Positions 25,598 to 34,141 of a DNA stretch of 34,141 nt are shown one piece after another. The notes beneath the pieces are model-generated. The model made no database searches. It was not told the origin of the DNA and saw only the letters and a program-made list of their open reading frames with translations. Location: NCBI GenBank assembly GCA_040756235.1, contig JBFLZG010000150.1, positions 1 through 34,141 of the forward strand, in the 5' to 3' direction. The position numbers were made by a program, and so were the translations under genes. The number at the start of each line of letters is the position of its first letter. Positions within the stretch are counted from its first letter, which is position 1. The DNA is from a bacterium (GTDB lineage Bacteria; Desulfobacterota; DSWW01).

Positions 25598-26752
25598 TCA
25601 CAGCCCCAGGCTCCGACCGATGATCTCCTTCATGATCTCCGAAGTCCCGGCTGCAATCGTCAGCATGCGGACATCCTGGTAGGCCCGGCAGATCCAGTAC
25701 TCCTCCATGTAACCATACCCGCCGTGCAGCTGCACGCAGTCGTAGGCGATGCGGTTGGCAAGCTCCCCCACCCGGTACTTCGCCATCGAGATCTCGGCTT
25801 CGAGGTTGCGGGCCCCCTCATTGAAGAGCTTGCAAAGATGATAGACGTAGACCTCCGCAAAGCTCACCTCGGTCGCCATGTCGACGAGTCTGTGTCGGTT
25901 CGCTTGAAAGGAGCCGATGGAGGTTCCAAATGCGGTGCGGGTCTTCACATACTCGAGCGTTTCTTCGAGCATGAGACGGCAATAGGCGAGGGCCATCACC
26001 GCGCCGATCAGCCTCTCCTGCTGCAAGTTCTGCATCATGTAAAGGAAGCCTTTTCCTTCCTTCCCCATGAGATTCCCGACGGGAATCCTCACCTCCTCGA
26101 AGGAGAGCTCGGCCGTGCTGCTCGCATGGTTGCCCATCTTCTTCAGCTTCCTTCCGATGGAAAACCCGGGCGTGCCCTTTTCCACCAGCACCAGCGAGAC
26201 CCCCCGGTAGGGCGGTTGCGCGCTTACGTCGGTCTTCACGGCGACGATGTACAGGTCCGCATGTCCTCCGTTCGTGATGAAGGTCTTTTGCGCATTCACG
26301 ATGTAGTGGTCGCCCTGGCGCATGGCCGTCGACCGAATGGCTGCGAGGTCAGACCCCGTGTTGGGCTCCGTCATGCACAGGGCGACGATGCAATCCCCGC
26401 TGGCGCACCGGGGCAGATACTTCTCCTTTTGCTCTTCGCTCCCGCAATGCAGAAGGTAGGGAACGCTGATATCGTTGGAGACGTTGACGTCGAGAGACAA
26501 CCCGCCGCACTTGCTGTACACGAGCTCTTCCGTGAGGACGACCCCGGCGAGAAAATCCGCCTGGTAGCCCCCGTACCGCTCCGGCAGATAGGCCCCCAGG
26601 AACCCCAGCTCGCCCATGCGCTTCCAGAGGGCGCGGGGCGTGTCTCCGGCCGCGTTCCATTGTTCGATGTGCGGCGTCACTTCTCTGGCAACAAAGTCCC
26701 GAACCGTCTTGCGATAGATCTGATGTTCTTCCGAAAAGAGCCCGTACTCCAC
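25598..26752 (-). CDS. Acyl-CoA dehydrogenase
   Basis: MTEPNTGSD, KTFITNG, KMGNHASSTAEL, QLHGGYGYM, IAAGTSEIMK. GGGAGG SD before GTG26752. Confidence 0.95.
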   Translation of the reverse strand: MEYGLFSEEHQIYRKTVRDFVAREVTPHIEQWNAAGDTPRALWKRMGELGFLGAYLPERYGGYQADFLAGVVLTEELVYSKCGGLSLDVNVSNDISVPYLLHCGSEEQKEKYLPRCASGDCIVALCMTEPNTGSDLAAIRSTAMRQGDHYIVNAQKTFITNGGHADLYIVAVKTDVSAQPPYRGVSLVLVEKGTPGFSIGRKLKKMGNHASSTAELSFEEVRIPVGNLMGKEGKGFLYMMQNLQQERLIGAVMALAYCRLMLEETLEYVKTRTAFGTSIGSFQANRHRLVDMATEVSFAEVYVYHLCKLFNEGARNLEAEISMAKYRVGELANRIAYDCVQLHGGYGYMEEYWICRAYQDVRMLTIAAGTSEIMKEIIGRSLGL

Positions 26753-26809
26753 CGGCAACCCTCCCGAACCTGTTTCGTATCCGCTGCTCCGGGGTCCTCT
26801 GCAGAAGGT

Positions 26810-26936
26810 GCAGAAGGAGCTCCAGACCCCAAGAGCAGAGGTCTCATGGCTCCCGGATCGTTCTCATTCCGGCTGACAACCGGCAACGCGCTTCGAACGA
26901 GCGCAACGCCGCAGATGGGTCCTTCTCAACGGCCTG
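26810..26936. repeat. MITE-like element copy between the two acyl-CoA dehydrogenase genes
   Basis: The minus strand reads CAGGCCGTTGAGAAGGACCCATCTGCGGCGTTGCGCTCGT; 23/23 match to bases 1-23. Left boundary approximate. Confidence 0.65.
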
Positions 26937-26939
26937 CAA

Positions 26940-28088
26940 TCACATGCCGAGACGGCGGCCGATGATCTCCTTCATGATCTCGGTGGTGCCGGCGAAGATC
27001 GTATGCACGCGCACGTCCGTATAGGCTTTGGCGATCGGGTACTCCACCATGTATCCGTAGCCGCCGAAGAACTGGAGGCACTGGTCCACGGTCTTCTTCA
27101 GCTCCTCGGTGGCCATCCATTTTGCCATGCTCACCTCGGTGACCACGTCCGAGCCCTTCATGTGCTCGACGATCAGCCGGTCCAGAAAGGTCTGCATCAC
27201 TTCAGCCATGGTGTACATCTCGACCAGCTTGAACCGGGTGTTCTGGAACTTGATGATCGGTTTGCCGAAGGCGACGCGCTCTTCGCAGTACTTCTTCGTC
27301 CACCCCAGGACCGCCCACATGCTGGCGACCGCGCCGATGGCGACGACGAGCCGCTCCTGCTGGAGCTTGACCATCATCTGGATGAATCCCTGTCCCTCTT
27401 TCATCCCCAGCAGGTTCTCCTTGGGCACCCGACAGTCCTCGAAGAAAAGCTCCGCCGTATCCTGAGAGTGCATACCGATCTTTTCCAGCTTTCTCACTTT
27501 GTTGTAGCCCGGGGTCCCGGCTTCGACACAGAGCAGGCTCATGCCCGAGTACCGGGGCTGCGCCTTGGGGTCGGTCAGGCAGGCCACGATCACGAGATCG
27601 TTGATCATGCCGTTGGTGATGAAGGTCTTCTGTCCGTTGATTACGTAGGAGTCGCCATCCCTGACCGCCGTGGCGCGCAGAGCCTGCAGGTCCGAACCGG
27701 CATTCGGCTCGGTCATGGCAACAGCCGTGATCATGTCTCCGCTCACGCACTTGGGGAGCCAGCGCTGCTTCTGCTCTTCGGTGCCGAAGGCTTCGAGGTA
27801 GGGGACGACCACATCGCTGTGGAGGCTCAAGGCGAACCCGCTTTCTCCGACCCTGGTCAGCTCTTCCATGATCACGGTGCTATAAAGAAAGTCTGCTCCG
27901 AATCCGCCGTATGGCTCGGCCACCCAAGGGCAGAGGTATCCTTCACGGCCCGCCTTCTCCCAGATGTCCCGGGATACGATGCCCGCCTTGGTCCACTCCT
28001 CCTGACGCGGGACCACGTTCTTCTCCACAAACTTGCGGAAAGCGTCACGAAAGATCTCGTGCTCTTCCCTGAAGATCTCACGTCTCAT
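26940..28088 (-). CDS. Acyl-CoA dehydrogenase
   Basis: AMTEPNAGSDL, GQKTFITNG, KIGMHSQDTAELFF, QFFGGYGYM, IFAGTTEIMK. Start ATG28088 (or 28094). Confidence 0.95.
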   Translation of the reverse strand: MRREIFREEHEIFRDAFRKFVEKNVVPRQEEWTKAGIVSRDIWEKAGREGYLCPWVAEPYGGFGADFLYSTVIMEELTRVGESGFALSLHSDVVVPYLEAFGTEEQKQRWLPKCVSGDMITAVAMTEPNAGSDLQALRATAVRDGDSYVINGQKTFITNGMINDLVIVACLTDPKAQPRYSGMSLLCVEAGTPGYNKVRKLEKIGMHSQDTAELFFEDCRVPKENLLGMKEGQGFIQMMVKLQQERLVVAIGAVASMWAVLGWTKKYCEERVAFGKPIIKFQNTRFKLVEMYTMAEVMQTFLDRLIVEHMKGSDVVTEVSMAKWMATEELKKTVDQCLQFFGGYGYMVEYPIAKAYTDVRVHTIFAGTTEIMKEIIGRRLGM

Positions 28089-28196
28089 GGTCATGCCCCC
28101 TTTGTTGCGCTTGGAAGTGGGCAATCCCCGCGTCCACCCGTCTCCAATCCTCTTCTGCCCATCTTTCCTTTCGTACTCTGCGGACTGCAGCGCCGA

Positions 28197-28571
28197 CTAA
28201 GGTGCCCGGTCCGCCGGCTTCGCCCCGGAACCGGACTGCGGTCCCCCCGCTGACTTCAGAGAGGCCGTGTGCTCTCTTCCTGCGCCATCCCGGAACACGA
28301 TTGCCCGGAACCGGTCGAATATCGCATCGTCCAGCGAACAATAGAAAGCCACGATCTCCCCGGGCTGGATGCTGTAGCCGCCTTGTGGGTAGAGATAATC
28401 GATTCGCAGCCTTTCCTGATCGTTGACCAGCTCGCAGGAGCTGGGAACCGAGACAGGAACAGGGCCCGTGTTCTTCAGATGAAGCTCCAGGTTCAGGTCG
28501 AGCATGTGGCAGCATTTGAAGGCCAGGATCTCCTCCACGGGCGAGTTCATGATGACCCTGATCTCCAGCAT
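28197..28571 (-). CDS. Hypothetical protein (beta-rich, CC motif)
   Basis: 124-aa ORF co-oriented with its neighbours; FKCCHM and LKNTG motifs. Confidence 0.65.
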   Translation of the reverse strand: MLEIRVIMNSPVEEILAFKCCHMLDLNLELHLKNTGPVPVSVPSSCELVNDQERLRIDYLYPQGGYSIQPGEIVAFYCSLDDAIFDRFRAIVFRDGAGREHTASLKSAGGPQSGSGAKPADRAP

Positions 28572-28628
28572 GGCAGGTTTCCTGTGCTCGAAATGAATAC
28601 TACCAGGAGCCTGTGCGAGAATCGGCTC

Positions 28629-28961
28629 CTAGCCGAACTGGACCTGAAGGACTCCCTCGTTCTGGCGAATCCAGCTCCGAACCGCGTCCCGCTCTTTCTC
28701 GTCCCGCACCGGCTCCACCTCGCTCACCGCCTCCCCCTTCTCGTTCCTTTCGGTCTCCCAGCCGACCAGATAGCCTGCAACGTAGGCGAACCCGCACCCC
28801 CCGGTTCCGCAGCAGGAGCTGTCGATCACCATGTATCCCCGGGCCACCAGGAGCTCCCGCCCCTTGAATGAAACCCGCTTCTCCTCCTGGATCACGTAGT
28901 GCCCGGCAGCCGCCGCGATCTCCTGGTTCAGGGGCGTGTGGGTATAGAGCCGGGTCTTCAT
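28629..28961 (-). CDS. Hypothetical protein with DSSCCGxGGC motif
   Basis: 110-aa globular ORF with host-like codon usage. No clear SD. Confidence 0.7.
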   Translation of the reverse strand: MKTRLYTHTPLNQEIAAAAGHYVIQEEKRVSFKGRELLVARGYMVIDSSCCGTGGCGFAYVAGYLVGWETERNEKGEAVSEVEPVRDEKERDAVRSWIRQNEGVLQVQFG

Positions 28962-29015
28962 GGGAAGAAAAGGAAATCCCCTCTCCCCCGGGCCGTTCGG
29001 GCACCGGGGGAGAGG
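28962..29015 (-). terminator. Hairpin, probable terminator downstream of the thiolase
   Basis: 12-bp stem CCTCTCCCCCGG (28980-28991) / CCGGGGGAGAGG (29004-29015), followed on the minus strand by GGATTTCCTTTTCTT. Confidence 0.55.
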
Positions 29016-29054
29016 ACCAGGGACGGGAAAAGGGGTCCAAGATCAACGATCCGT

Positions 29055-30263
29055 TCAGTTGCCGTAGCGGCCCACGATCGCGATGCTGCAGACGTTCATG
29101 AAGGGGAACCCGCCCAGGTTGTGGGTGAGGCCCATCCGGGGATCTTTGAGCTGCCTTTCGCCTGCCCTTCCGAGAAACTGGAGATACATCTCATAGAGCA
29201 TCCTCAACCCCGAAGCGCCGATCGGATGGCCGAAGCACTTCAGCCCTCCGTCGATCTGGCAGGGAACCTTTCCGCCTGCGTCGTAGAAACCGTCCAGGAT
29301 GTCCTGGATCGCACCTCCTCTCGGCGAGATGTGCAGGTCTTCCATGGTCACGAGCTCCGTAATGGAGAAACAGTCGTGGACCTCCATCATGCTGACCTCG
29401 TCCCTCGGTTTCTTGATTCCGGCCTCCTCATAGGCGCGCTTGCTCGCGATGCTCGTCGTGACGAAGTGGTCGACCTCCCACTCGTTGTAGCCGAACTCGT
29501 AACCGTTGCTGAGGGCGATCTGCAGGGCCTTCACGGATACCAGGTCCTTCTTTCCGAGGCCCTTGGCGATTTCGGGGGTCGTGACGATGGCGCACGCTGC
29601 GCCGTCGCTCACGCCGCAGCAGTCGAAGAGACCTAGAGGGTGTGCGATCATCGGAGCGGCCATGATCTGTTCTTCGCTTACCGCCTTGCGCAGGTGGGCC
29701 TTCGGGTTCTTCACACCGTTGGCGTGGCTCTTGGCCGAAACGTGGGCCATGCCTTTCTTCACGACGTCGGCCGGAATGTCGTACTTGGCCGAGTAGCCGC
29801 TTGCAAGTTGCGCAAAGGTCCCGGGCGCCGTGATACTGGGCTGAACGAGGAAGTTGCGCGGCCCGGCGTTGGCGCCGAACTCCGGAAGCCCGCCGTAGCC
29901 GGTATCCTTGAGCTTTTCCATGCCCATGGCCAGGGCGATGTCGTAGGCGCCGGAGGCGACGGCGTAGACGGCGCCGCGGAAGGACTCGGTCCCGCTCGCG
30001 CAGAAGTTCTCCACCCGCGTCACCGGGATGTTTGGCAGCCGGAGACTGACCGAAAGGGGCAGGGCGCTCTGGCCTAGCCCGATCTCGGGGAAGCAGCACC
30101 CAAACCAGGCTGCCTGGATGGCCTTTTTTTCAATGCCGGCGTCCTGGATGCACTCCTGGAAAGCCTCAACCATCAGTTCCTCTCCACCCGCATCCCAACG
30201 CTCGCCAAACCGGGTACACCCCATCCCGAGGATCACAACCTTATCGCGAATTCCTGTTGCCAT
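29055..30263 (-). CDS. Acetyl-CoA acetyltransferase (SCP2-like/archaeal-type thiolase)
   Basis: VENFCASG (catalytic Cys), DCCGVSDGAAC, EVHDCF, GGLKCFGHPIGASG, HNLGG. GAGGAGG SD before ATG30263. Confidence 0.93.
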   Translation of the reverse strand: MATGIRDKVVILGMGCTRFGERWDAGGEELMVEAFQECIQDAGIEKKAIQAAWFGCCFPEIGLGQSALPLSVSLRLPNIPVTRVENFCASGTESFRGAVYAVASGAYDIALAMGMEKLKDTGYGGLPEFGANAGPRNFLVQPSITAPGTFAQLASGYSAKYDIPADVVKKGMAHVSAKSHANGVKNPKAHLRKAVSEEQIMAAPMIAHPLGLFDCCGVSDGAACAIVTTPEIAKGLGKKDLVSVKALQIALSNGYEFGYNEWEVDHFVTTSIASKRAYEEAGIKKPRDEVSMMEVHDCFSITELVTMEDLHISPRGGAIQDILDGFYDAGGKVPCQIDGGLKCFGHPIGASGLRMLYEMYLQFLGRAGERQLKDPRMGLTHNLGGFPFMNVCSIAIVGRYGN

Positions 30264-30297
30264 ACTTGATTCCTCCTCAAAAAGCCTTCTCGGGCGA

Positions 30298-31752
30298 TCA
30301 GATGGTTGGAACGGCCTTCCAGAAGTAGCCGTGGAAGTCTCTTTTTTCATCGTAATACTTGACCCGGAACGACATCTCGACCTTCTGGCCCACCTTCACG
30401 TCGCTCAGCTCGCAGTCCGTGAAATCGGCCATGGTACGGCCGCCTCCGTCGAACTGAACCAGGCCGTAGATGGCAGGCGGGTCCACGGACACGGCCAGCA
30501 TGTCGCCGGTAAAGCTCTTAATGATCCCGGTCTTATGGGAGAACTCGTGCTCTTCCTGGGAGTTCACGGCCCCGCAGGAGGGGTTCACGCAGATGCTCGT
30601 CTTGGGGAACTGCGGGGTGCCGCAGACCTTGCACTTGCCGCCGACAAAACCCAGCACCATCTTCCGGTGCCTCCAGAGGGCGGACATGGCTGTCTGCTTG
30701 GGCGATTCCGCCCGAATGCCCATCTCCACATCGATGAGCTCCCGGAACTTGAGGAACTTGGCGTAATTGCCTTCCTCCTTCCGGTGGGCGAGCGACCCCT
30801 TGATGCCGTTGCGGGAAGGGAGGTCCTTGATGGCATCCGTGACTTCGAAGAGCAGCGCGTCGCATCCCTGACCGAAGCTCGCCATGGCGATCTTATCCCC
30901 TGGCTTCGCGTTCTCCAGGGCCGCAATGAACATCGTGAGAGGATGGGCCGAGCCGGTGTCGCCCAGAACCTCGTGCAGGTTGTCCACGATCTGCTCCTTG
31001 CCGATGCCCATGCCCTTGGCGATCTCGGCGTGGACCCGCTTGCCCAGGTAGCAGGGGAAGACAACTTTGGAGATGTCCTTCAGGGCGACCCCCGACTTCT
31101 GGAGGAGCCCCTTCATGGCTTCCGGGATGATCTTCGTGAATCCCTCGTCCCGGATCCACCTCTCCTCCCAGCCGTAGTCGAACGTCGCCTGAGCGCCCCG
31201 GTAGGTGGGTACAAAATCATAGGAGACGGAATGAGCGCCCTTGAACTCGGCGATCACCTTGTCCTTGCCGAGCAGGAGCGCGGCCGCGGCGTCGCCGTAC
31301 CACATCTCGAAAAACCACGCGGCCTTCGTCTTTCTGGCGTCCGCGGCGGTCACGAGGACATTCTTCTTATCGCCCCCCTTCAAGGCGTCGAGGCCAGCCA
31401 GGATGGCCGTGGTCCCGCTCTTCAGCGAGGAGGCGAAGTCCGCCGTCACGAGCCCGTTCTCCGGAAGATTCAGGGCCGCGGCCAGGATGCCGCTGTTCTG
31501 GCGAGAGGCGAAGGGGAGGCTGGTCGAGGCCAGGTAAGCCGCCTCGACAGCATTCTTGTCCATCCCTTTCAGGCAGTCCCTCGCTGCGCCGACCGCAAGG
31601 GTCATGGCGTCCTCGTCCCAGTTGCACATGCTCCGCTCGCCCTGGGCTGCCGAGAAAAGCCCGGGAGCGAACCAGCCCATGTTCTGCATGATCGCCATTC
31701 GATTGAGGCGTAGCCGGGGGATGTACCCCCCGTAAGCTGTGATCCCGACCAT
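30298..31752 (-). CDS. HMG-CoA-synthase-like domain (no catalytic Cys) fused to a DUF35 Zn-ribbon/OB-fold
   Basis: VGITAYGGYIPRLRL, DEDAMTLA, GDAAAA, GDTG, FGQG. C-terminal CKVC...CVNPSC plus OB fold ending YFWKA. AGAGGAGG SD before ATG31752. Confidence 0.9.
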   Translation of the reverse strand: MVGITAYGGYIPRLRLNRMAIMQNMGWFAPGLFSAAQGERSMCNWDEDAMTLAVGAARDCLKGMDKNAVEAAYLASTSLPFASRQNSGILAAALNLPENGLVTADFASSLKSGTTAILAGLDALKGGDKKNVLVTAADARKTKAAWFFEMWYGDAAAALLLGKDKVIAEFKGAHSVSYDFVPTYRGAQATFDYGWEERWIRDEGFTKIIPEAMKGLLQKSGVALKDISKVVFPCYLGKRVHAEIAKGMGIGKEQIVDNLHEVLGDTGSAHPLTMFIAALENAKPGDKIAMASFGQGCDALLFEVTDAIKDLPSRNGIKGSLAHRKEEGNYAKFLKFRELIDVEMGIRAESPKQTAMSALWRHRKMVLGFVGGKCKVCGTPQFPKTSICVNPSCGAVNSQEEHEFSHKTGIIKSFTGDMLAVSVDPPAIYGLVQFDGGGRTMADFTDCELSDVKVGQKVEMSFRVKYYDEKRDFHGYFWKAVPTI

Positions 31753-31891
31753 TTGCGCACCTCCTCTTCTGGATGTTGCCAACCTATCTGACGATCAGAC
31801 TTCTTCCTGATCCGGGGTCGCACGGCTCCGGGACCCGTGACGGGCACCCGGAAACCCAAGAACGCTTTCTCAGCAGGCGCTGCCTTCCCGT

Positions 31892-32575
31892 CTACGCGAT
31901 CAACTCGTCGGATTTCTTGGAGCCCGCAAGCGGCCTTCTTGCAGACAGTTGTTTGGCCCCGCCGTGGATCATGGCAGCGATCGTGTCCACCCACCCTTCG
32001 AGATCGCTCCTGCGCTCGTACGAGGCGTAAAGGACCACGGAGAAAAAGAGGATCACCGCCACCCGGGCAAGGGCCTCCGTGTTGTAAGGGCGCGCCAAGC
32101 CCGCCTCGACGTAGCCCTCCAGCCCCTTGCGCATGGGCTCGATGATCTCCTCGAGAATCCTTCGGTAGTGAGCGCGGAACTCCGAATCGGCGACCAGGCT
32201 GTCCCGCCGCACGATCTCGAAAAGGTCCCGGTCGCGGATCGACTCCCGGAAGAACCGGGAAAGCGGAAGCCGCAGCAGGTCGAGGGTCGGGCTGTTCTTC
32301 GGCTGGCGCAGCCGAGCCATGAAGAACTCCTGGATCGTCTCCTCCATGAGGTTGCGGATCTTCAGGGACATCTCTTCCAGTATGGCGAGATAGATTTCCT
32401 TCTTGTCTCGGAAGTTGTTGTAGAAGGCGCCCGTGGTCAGGCCGGCACGGCCCGTGATGGTGCGCAGGGAGGTCCCCGCATAACCTTTACGGGCAAACTC
32501 TCTGCGCGCTGCAGCCATGAGCTTGGCGCGGGTCTCGGCCTTGCTCTGCTCGCGTCTGCTGGTAGGTCGCGCCAT
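31892..32575 (-). CDS. TetR/AcrR family transcriptional regulator
   Basis: AARREFARKGYAGTSLRTITGRAGLTTGAFYNNFRDKKEI helix-turn-helix. Confidence 0.93.
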   Translation of the reverse strand: MARPTSRREQSKAETRAKLMAAARREFARKGYAGTSLRTITGRAGLTTGAFYNNFRDKKEIYLAILEEMSLKIRNLMEETIQEFFMARLRQPKNSPTLDLLRLPLSRFFRESIRDRDLFEIVRRDSLVADSEFRAHYRRILEEIIEPMRKGLEGYVEAGLARPYNTEALARVAVILFFSVVLYASYERRSDLEGWVDTIAAMIHGGAKQLSARRPLAGSKKSDELIA

Positions 32576-32649
32576 GCTTTCTGCTGGTCAGCTCTCCGAC
32601 GCCCTGGGGGATGCCGCCAACCGCGGCATCCCGCGACCGGCAGATTTCC

Positions 32650-32700
32650 ATTTGAGATAACGACTGTTATTCAAATATCAATTTCCGCCTGCCATGTCAA
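32650..32700 (-). promoter_or_regulatory. Promoter and palindromic operator of the TetR / thiolase cluster
   Basis: Minus strand TTGACA(32700-32695)-N17-TATTTG with a TGn extended -10. Near-palindrome ATTTGA-g-ATAAC-gact-GTTAT-TCAAAT at 32650-32676. Confidence 0.6.
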
Positions 32701-32951
32701 GGTAATTCCGGGCTTCTGCGAAAGACGGCCGAGGTACAGAGGGGCCGAGGACCCTGCGGCAGGGAGTTCGAGCGGCGGGCGGGCCTGCTCTGCGCCCGCG
32801 CTTGCGTCCGCTACGGGCGCGGGCCGGAATAGGATCCGGAGCCACCGGGATCCGGCCTGATCTTCGCCGAGCGGGATCGAATACGAGTCGGACCGCCTAT
32901 CCTTGCCGCCGGAGAGGCGGGCTGGCCGGGCGCTTCAGCCCTGGGAGCGCG

Positions 32952-33114
32952 TCAGCACCTTTCCAGGGTCGCCCGGATCGAGCTGCCGGCGCACGCGATG
33001 CGCACGTCCCCCCCCCTGAGCCGGCACGCCGGGGTTGAGGACCAGGGTCAGGCCGACCCGATCCCTGCCGGCGGCCTCATGGATGTGTCCGCACACGAAC
33101 ACGCTGCAGTCCAT
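32952..33114 (-). pseudogene. C-terminal relic of a calcineurin-like metallophosphoesterase
   Basis: Reads MDCSVFVCGHIHEAAGRDRVGLTLVLNPG (GHxHE and NPG motifs). A G9 run at 33008-33016 then shifts frame away from the plausible end GG.VRIACAGSSIRATLERC*. N-terminal motifs are missing. Confidence 0.65.
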
Positions 33115-33305
33115 TCGGCGTCCGAGAGCTCGCCGGGCGTGCGAAACGGCGTGGGGGTCGATCCTCCCACTTCGAACAAGCCGACCTCTCCCCGGCGGAC
33201 CAGGAAGACCGAATTGATTTTTACGCTTGAAATCTTAACAATGCTGCAGCGTTCGGAACCCTGTCAACCGGGGCTCTTGCAGCCGCAGTTTTCCTTGGAG
33301 TGCTC

Positions 33306-33710
33306 ATGCCCACGATACGCGAGCGCCTCGATGAGGACCCCTTTGCCCTCCACCTGAACATTCAGCTCCTCGAGCTCGGGGAAGGCCATGCCCGTGCCCG
33401 CATGGCGCTTGGGCCGTTCCACCGCAACGCCTTCGGCATGGTTCACGGAGGCGCCATTTTCGGCCTTGCGGACTGTGCCTTTCAGGCTGCCTCCAACTCG
33501 CACGGCGTGCTCGCGGTTGCCGTCCAGGCGAACATCGCCTACGTCAAGGCCCCGGCAGGCGAGGCCCTTCTTGCGGAAGCGACAGAAATATCCCGTACGA
33601 AGCGCCTGGCCAACTACTCGATCCGCGTGACCGAAGAAGGCGGCGGGTTGGTCGCCCTCTTCCAGGGCTTCGTCTACCGAATGCCGGACAAGCGCACGCC
33701 CGGCGGTTGA
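33306..33710 (+). CDS. paaI: PaaI-family hotdog-fold acyl-CoA thioesterase
   Basis: DPFA, NAFGMVHGGAIFGLADCAFQAASNSHG and ALFQG motifs. GGAG SD before ATG33306. Confidence 0.9.
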   Translation: MPTIRERLDEDPFALHLNIQLLELGEGHARARMALGPFHRNAFGMVHGGAIFGLADCAFQAASNSHGVLAVAVQANIAYVKAPAGEALLAEATEISRTKRLANYSIRVTEEGGGLVALFQGFVYRMPDKRTPGG

Positions 33711-34037
33711 TCCAGGCAACCGGCCGCGCCCGGCTTGGGACTGGTGGAGGCCGTCATCATCCAGGCCCACGTGCGAACCGCGTGTGAGCCTGCCTGACTG
33801 CCATGACGGGCGCGGTGGGTGTCCCGCCGAGGAGACGAGGGCGAGTCGCGGAGGCCGTCCCGAGTCCCGACAGGCCGGTGGAACGCAGAGTTGTCTCCTT
33901 GCACCTGCTCGCCTCTACGGCCTGTCACTACACGAAGCAGGGACCGGATTCCGGCGTTCCGAGGCTGTGTCATAACCCCGCCATCCCTGGCCAAGGCCGC
34001 ATCGAGCGGGAGGAGCGGGGACACGAATTGTTGCGGA

Positions 34038-34107
34038 CATTGCGAGGGAGCCACAGGCGACCGAAGCAACCCCCAGAGCCAGGGAGGTTGCGTCGCTACG
34101 CTCGCAA
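34038..34107. repeat. REP-like CATTGCGAG...CTCGCAA palindromic element
   Basis: TTGCGAG (34040-34046) pairs with CTCGCAA (34101-34107). Inner GAAGCAACC / GGTTGCGTC arms. Confidence 0.6.
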
Positions 34108-34141
34108 ACACCCCCGTAACTTCAAGCCGCCCGGGCGGCCG

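Noticed and set aside
1..34141. CRISPR array, rRNA, tRNA, transposase or integrase
   Set aside because: No regularly spaced repeats, RNA-gene signatures or transposase/integrase motifs were seen.

Overview
GC-rich bacterial DNA. The gene content (acyl-CoA dehydrogenases, thiolase, TetR/GntR regulators, short intergenic palindromic repeats) suggests an anaerobic deltaproteobacterium; this is inference. The main feature is a ~14.7 kb, 13-gene minus-strand operon (16500->1803): hypothetical, ChlI/MoxR-type AAA+ ATPase, CooC, Walker-B-mutant AAA+-VWA, archaeal-type cdhA-cdhB-cdhC, hypothetical, fwdH-, fwdB- and fwdA-like genes, TetR and a nitroreductase. Only the acetyl-CoA synthase subunit (CdhC) keeps all its catalytic ligands. 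CdhA has lost its B/D-cluster cysteines and two C-cluster ligands and has gained an N-terminal 8-Cys finger. FwdB lacks its W/Mo ligand motif and FwdA lacks its binuclear-metal ligands. All three remain full-length, uninterrupted ORFs. No cdhD/E or fwdC/D is in the window. A TGAC-N5-GTCA palindrome lies at the predicted promoters of both this operon and the upstream acyl-CoA dehydrogenase. The rest of the window holds a low-GC lipoprotein gene with a relic of its own paralog, an FMN-binding protein, GntR, a mini ferritin-like gene, pyruvoyl arginine decarboxylase, a lipoprotein GH1, an aldehyde dehydrogenase, a TetR / HMG-CoA-synthase-like-DUF35 / thiolase / two acyl-CoA dehydrogenase cluster, a PaaI thioesterase, a metallophosphoesterase relic and several MITE/REP-like repeats. 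All family assignments come from remembered motifs; no searches were run.
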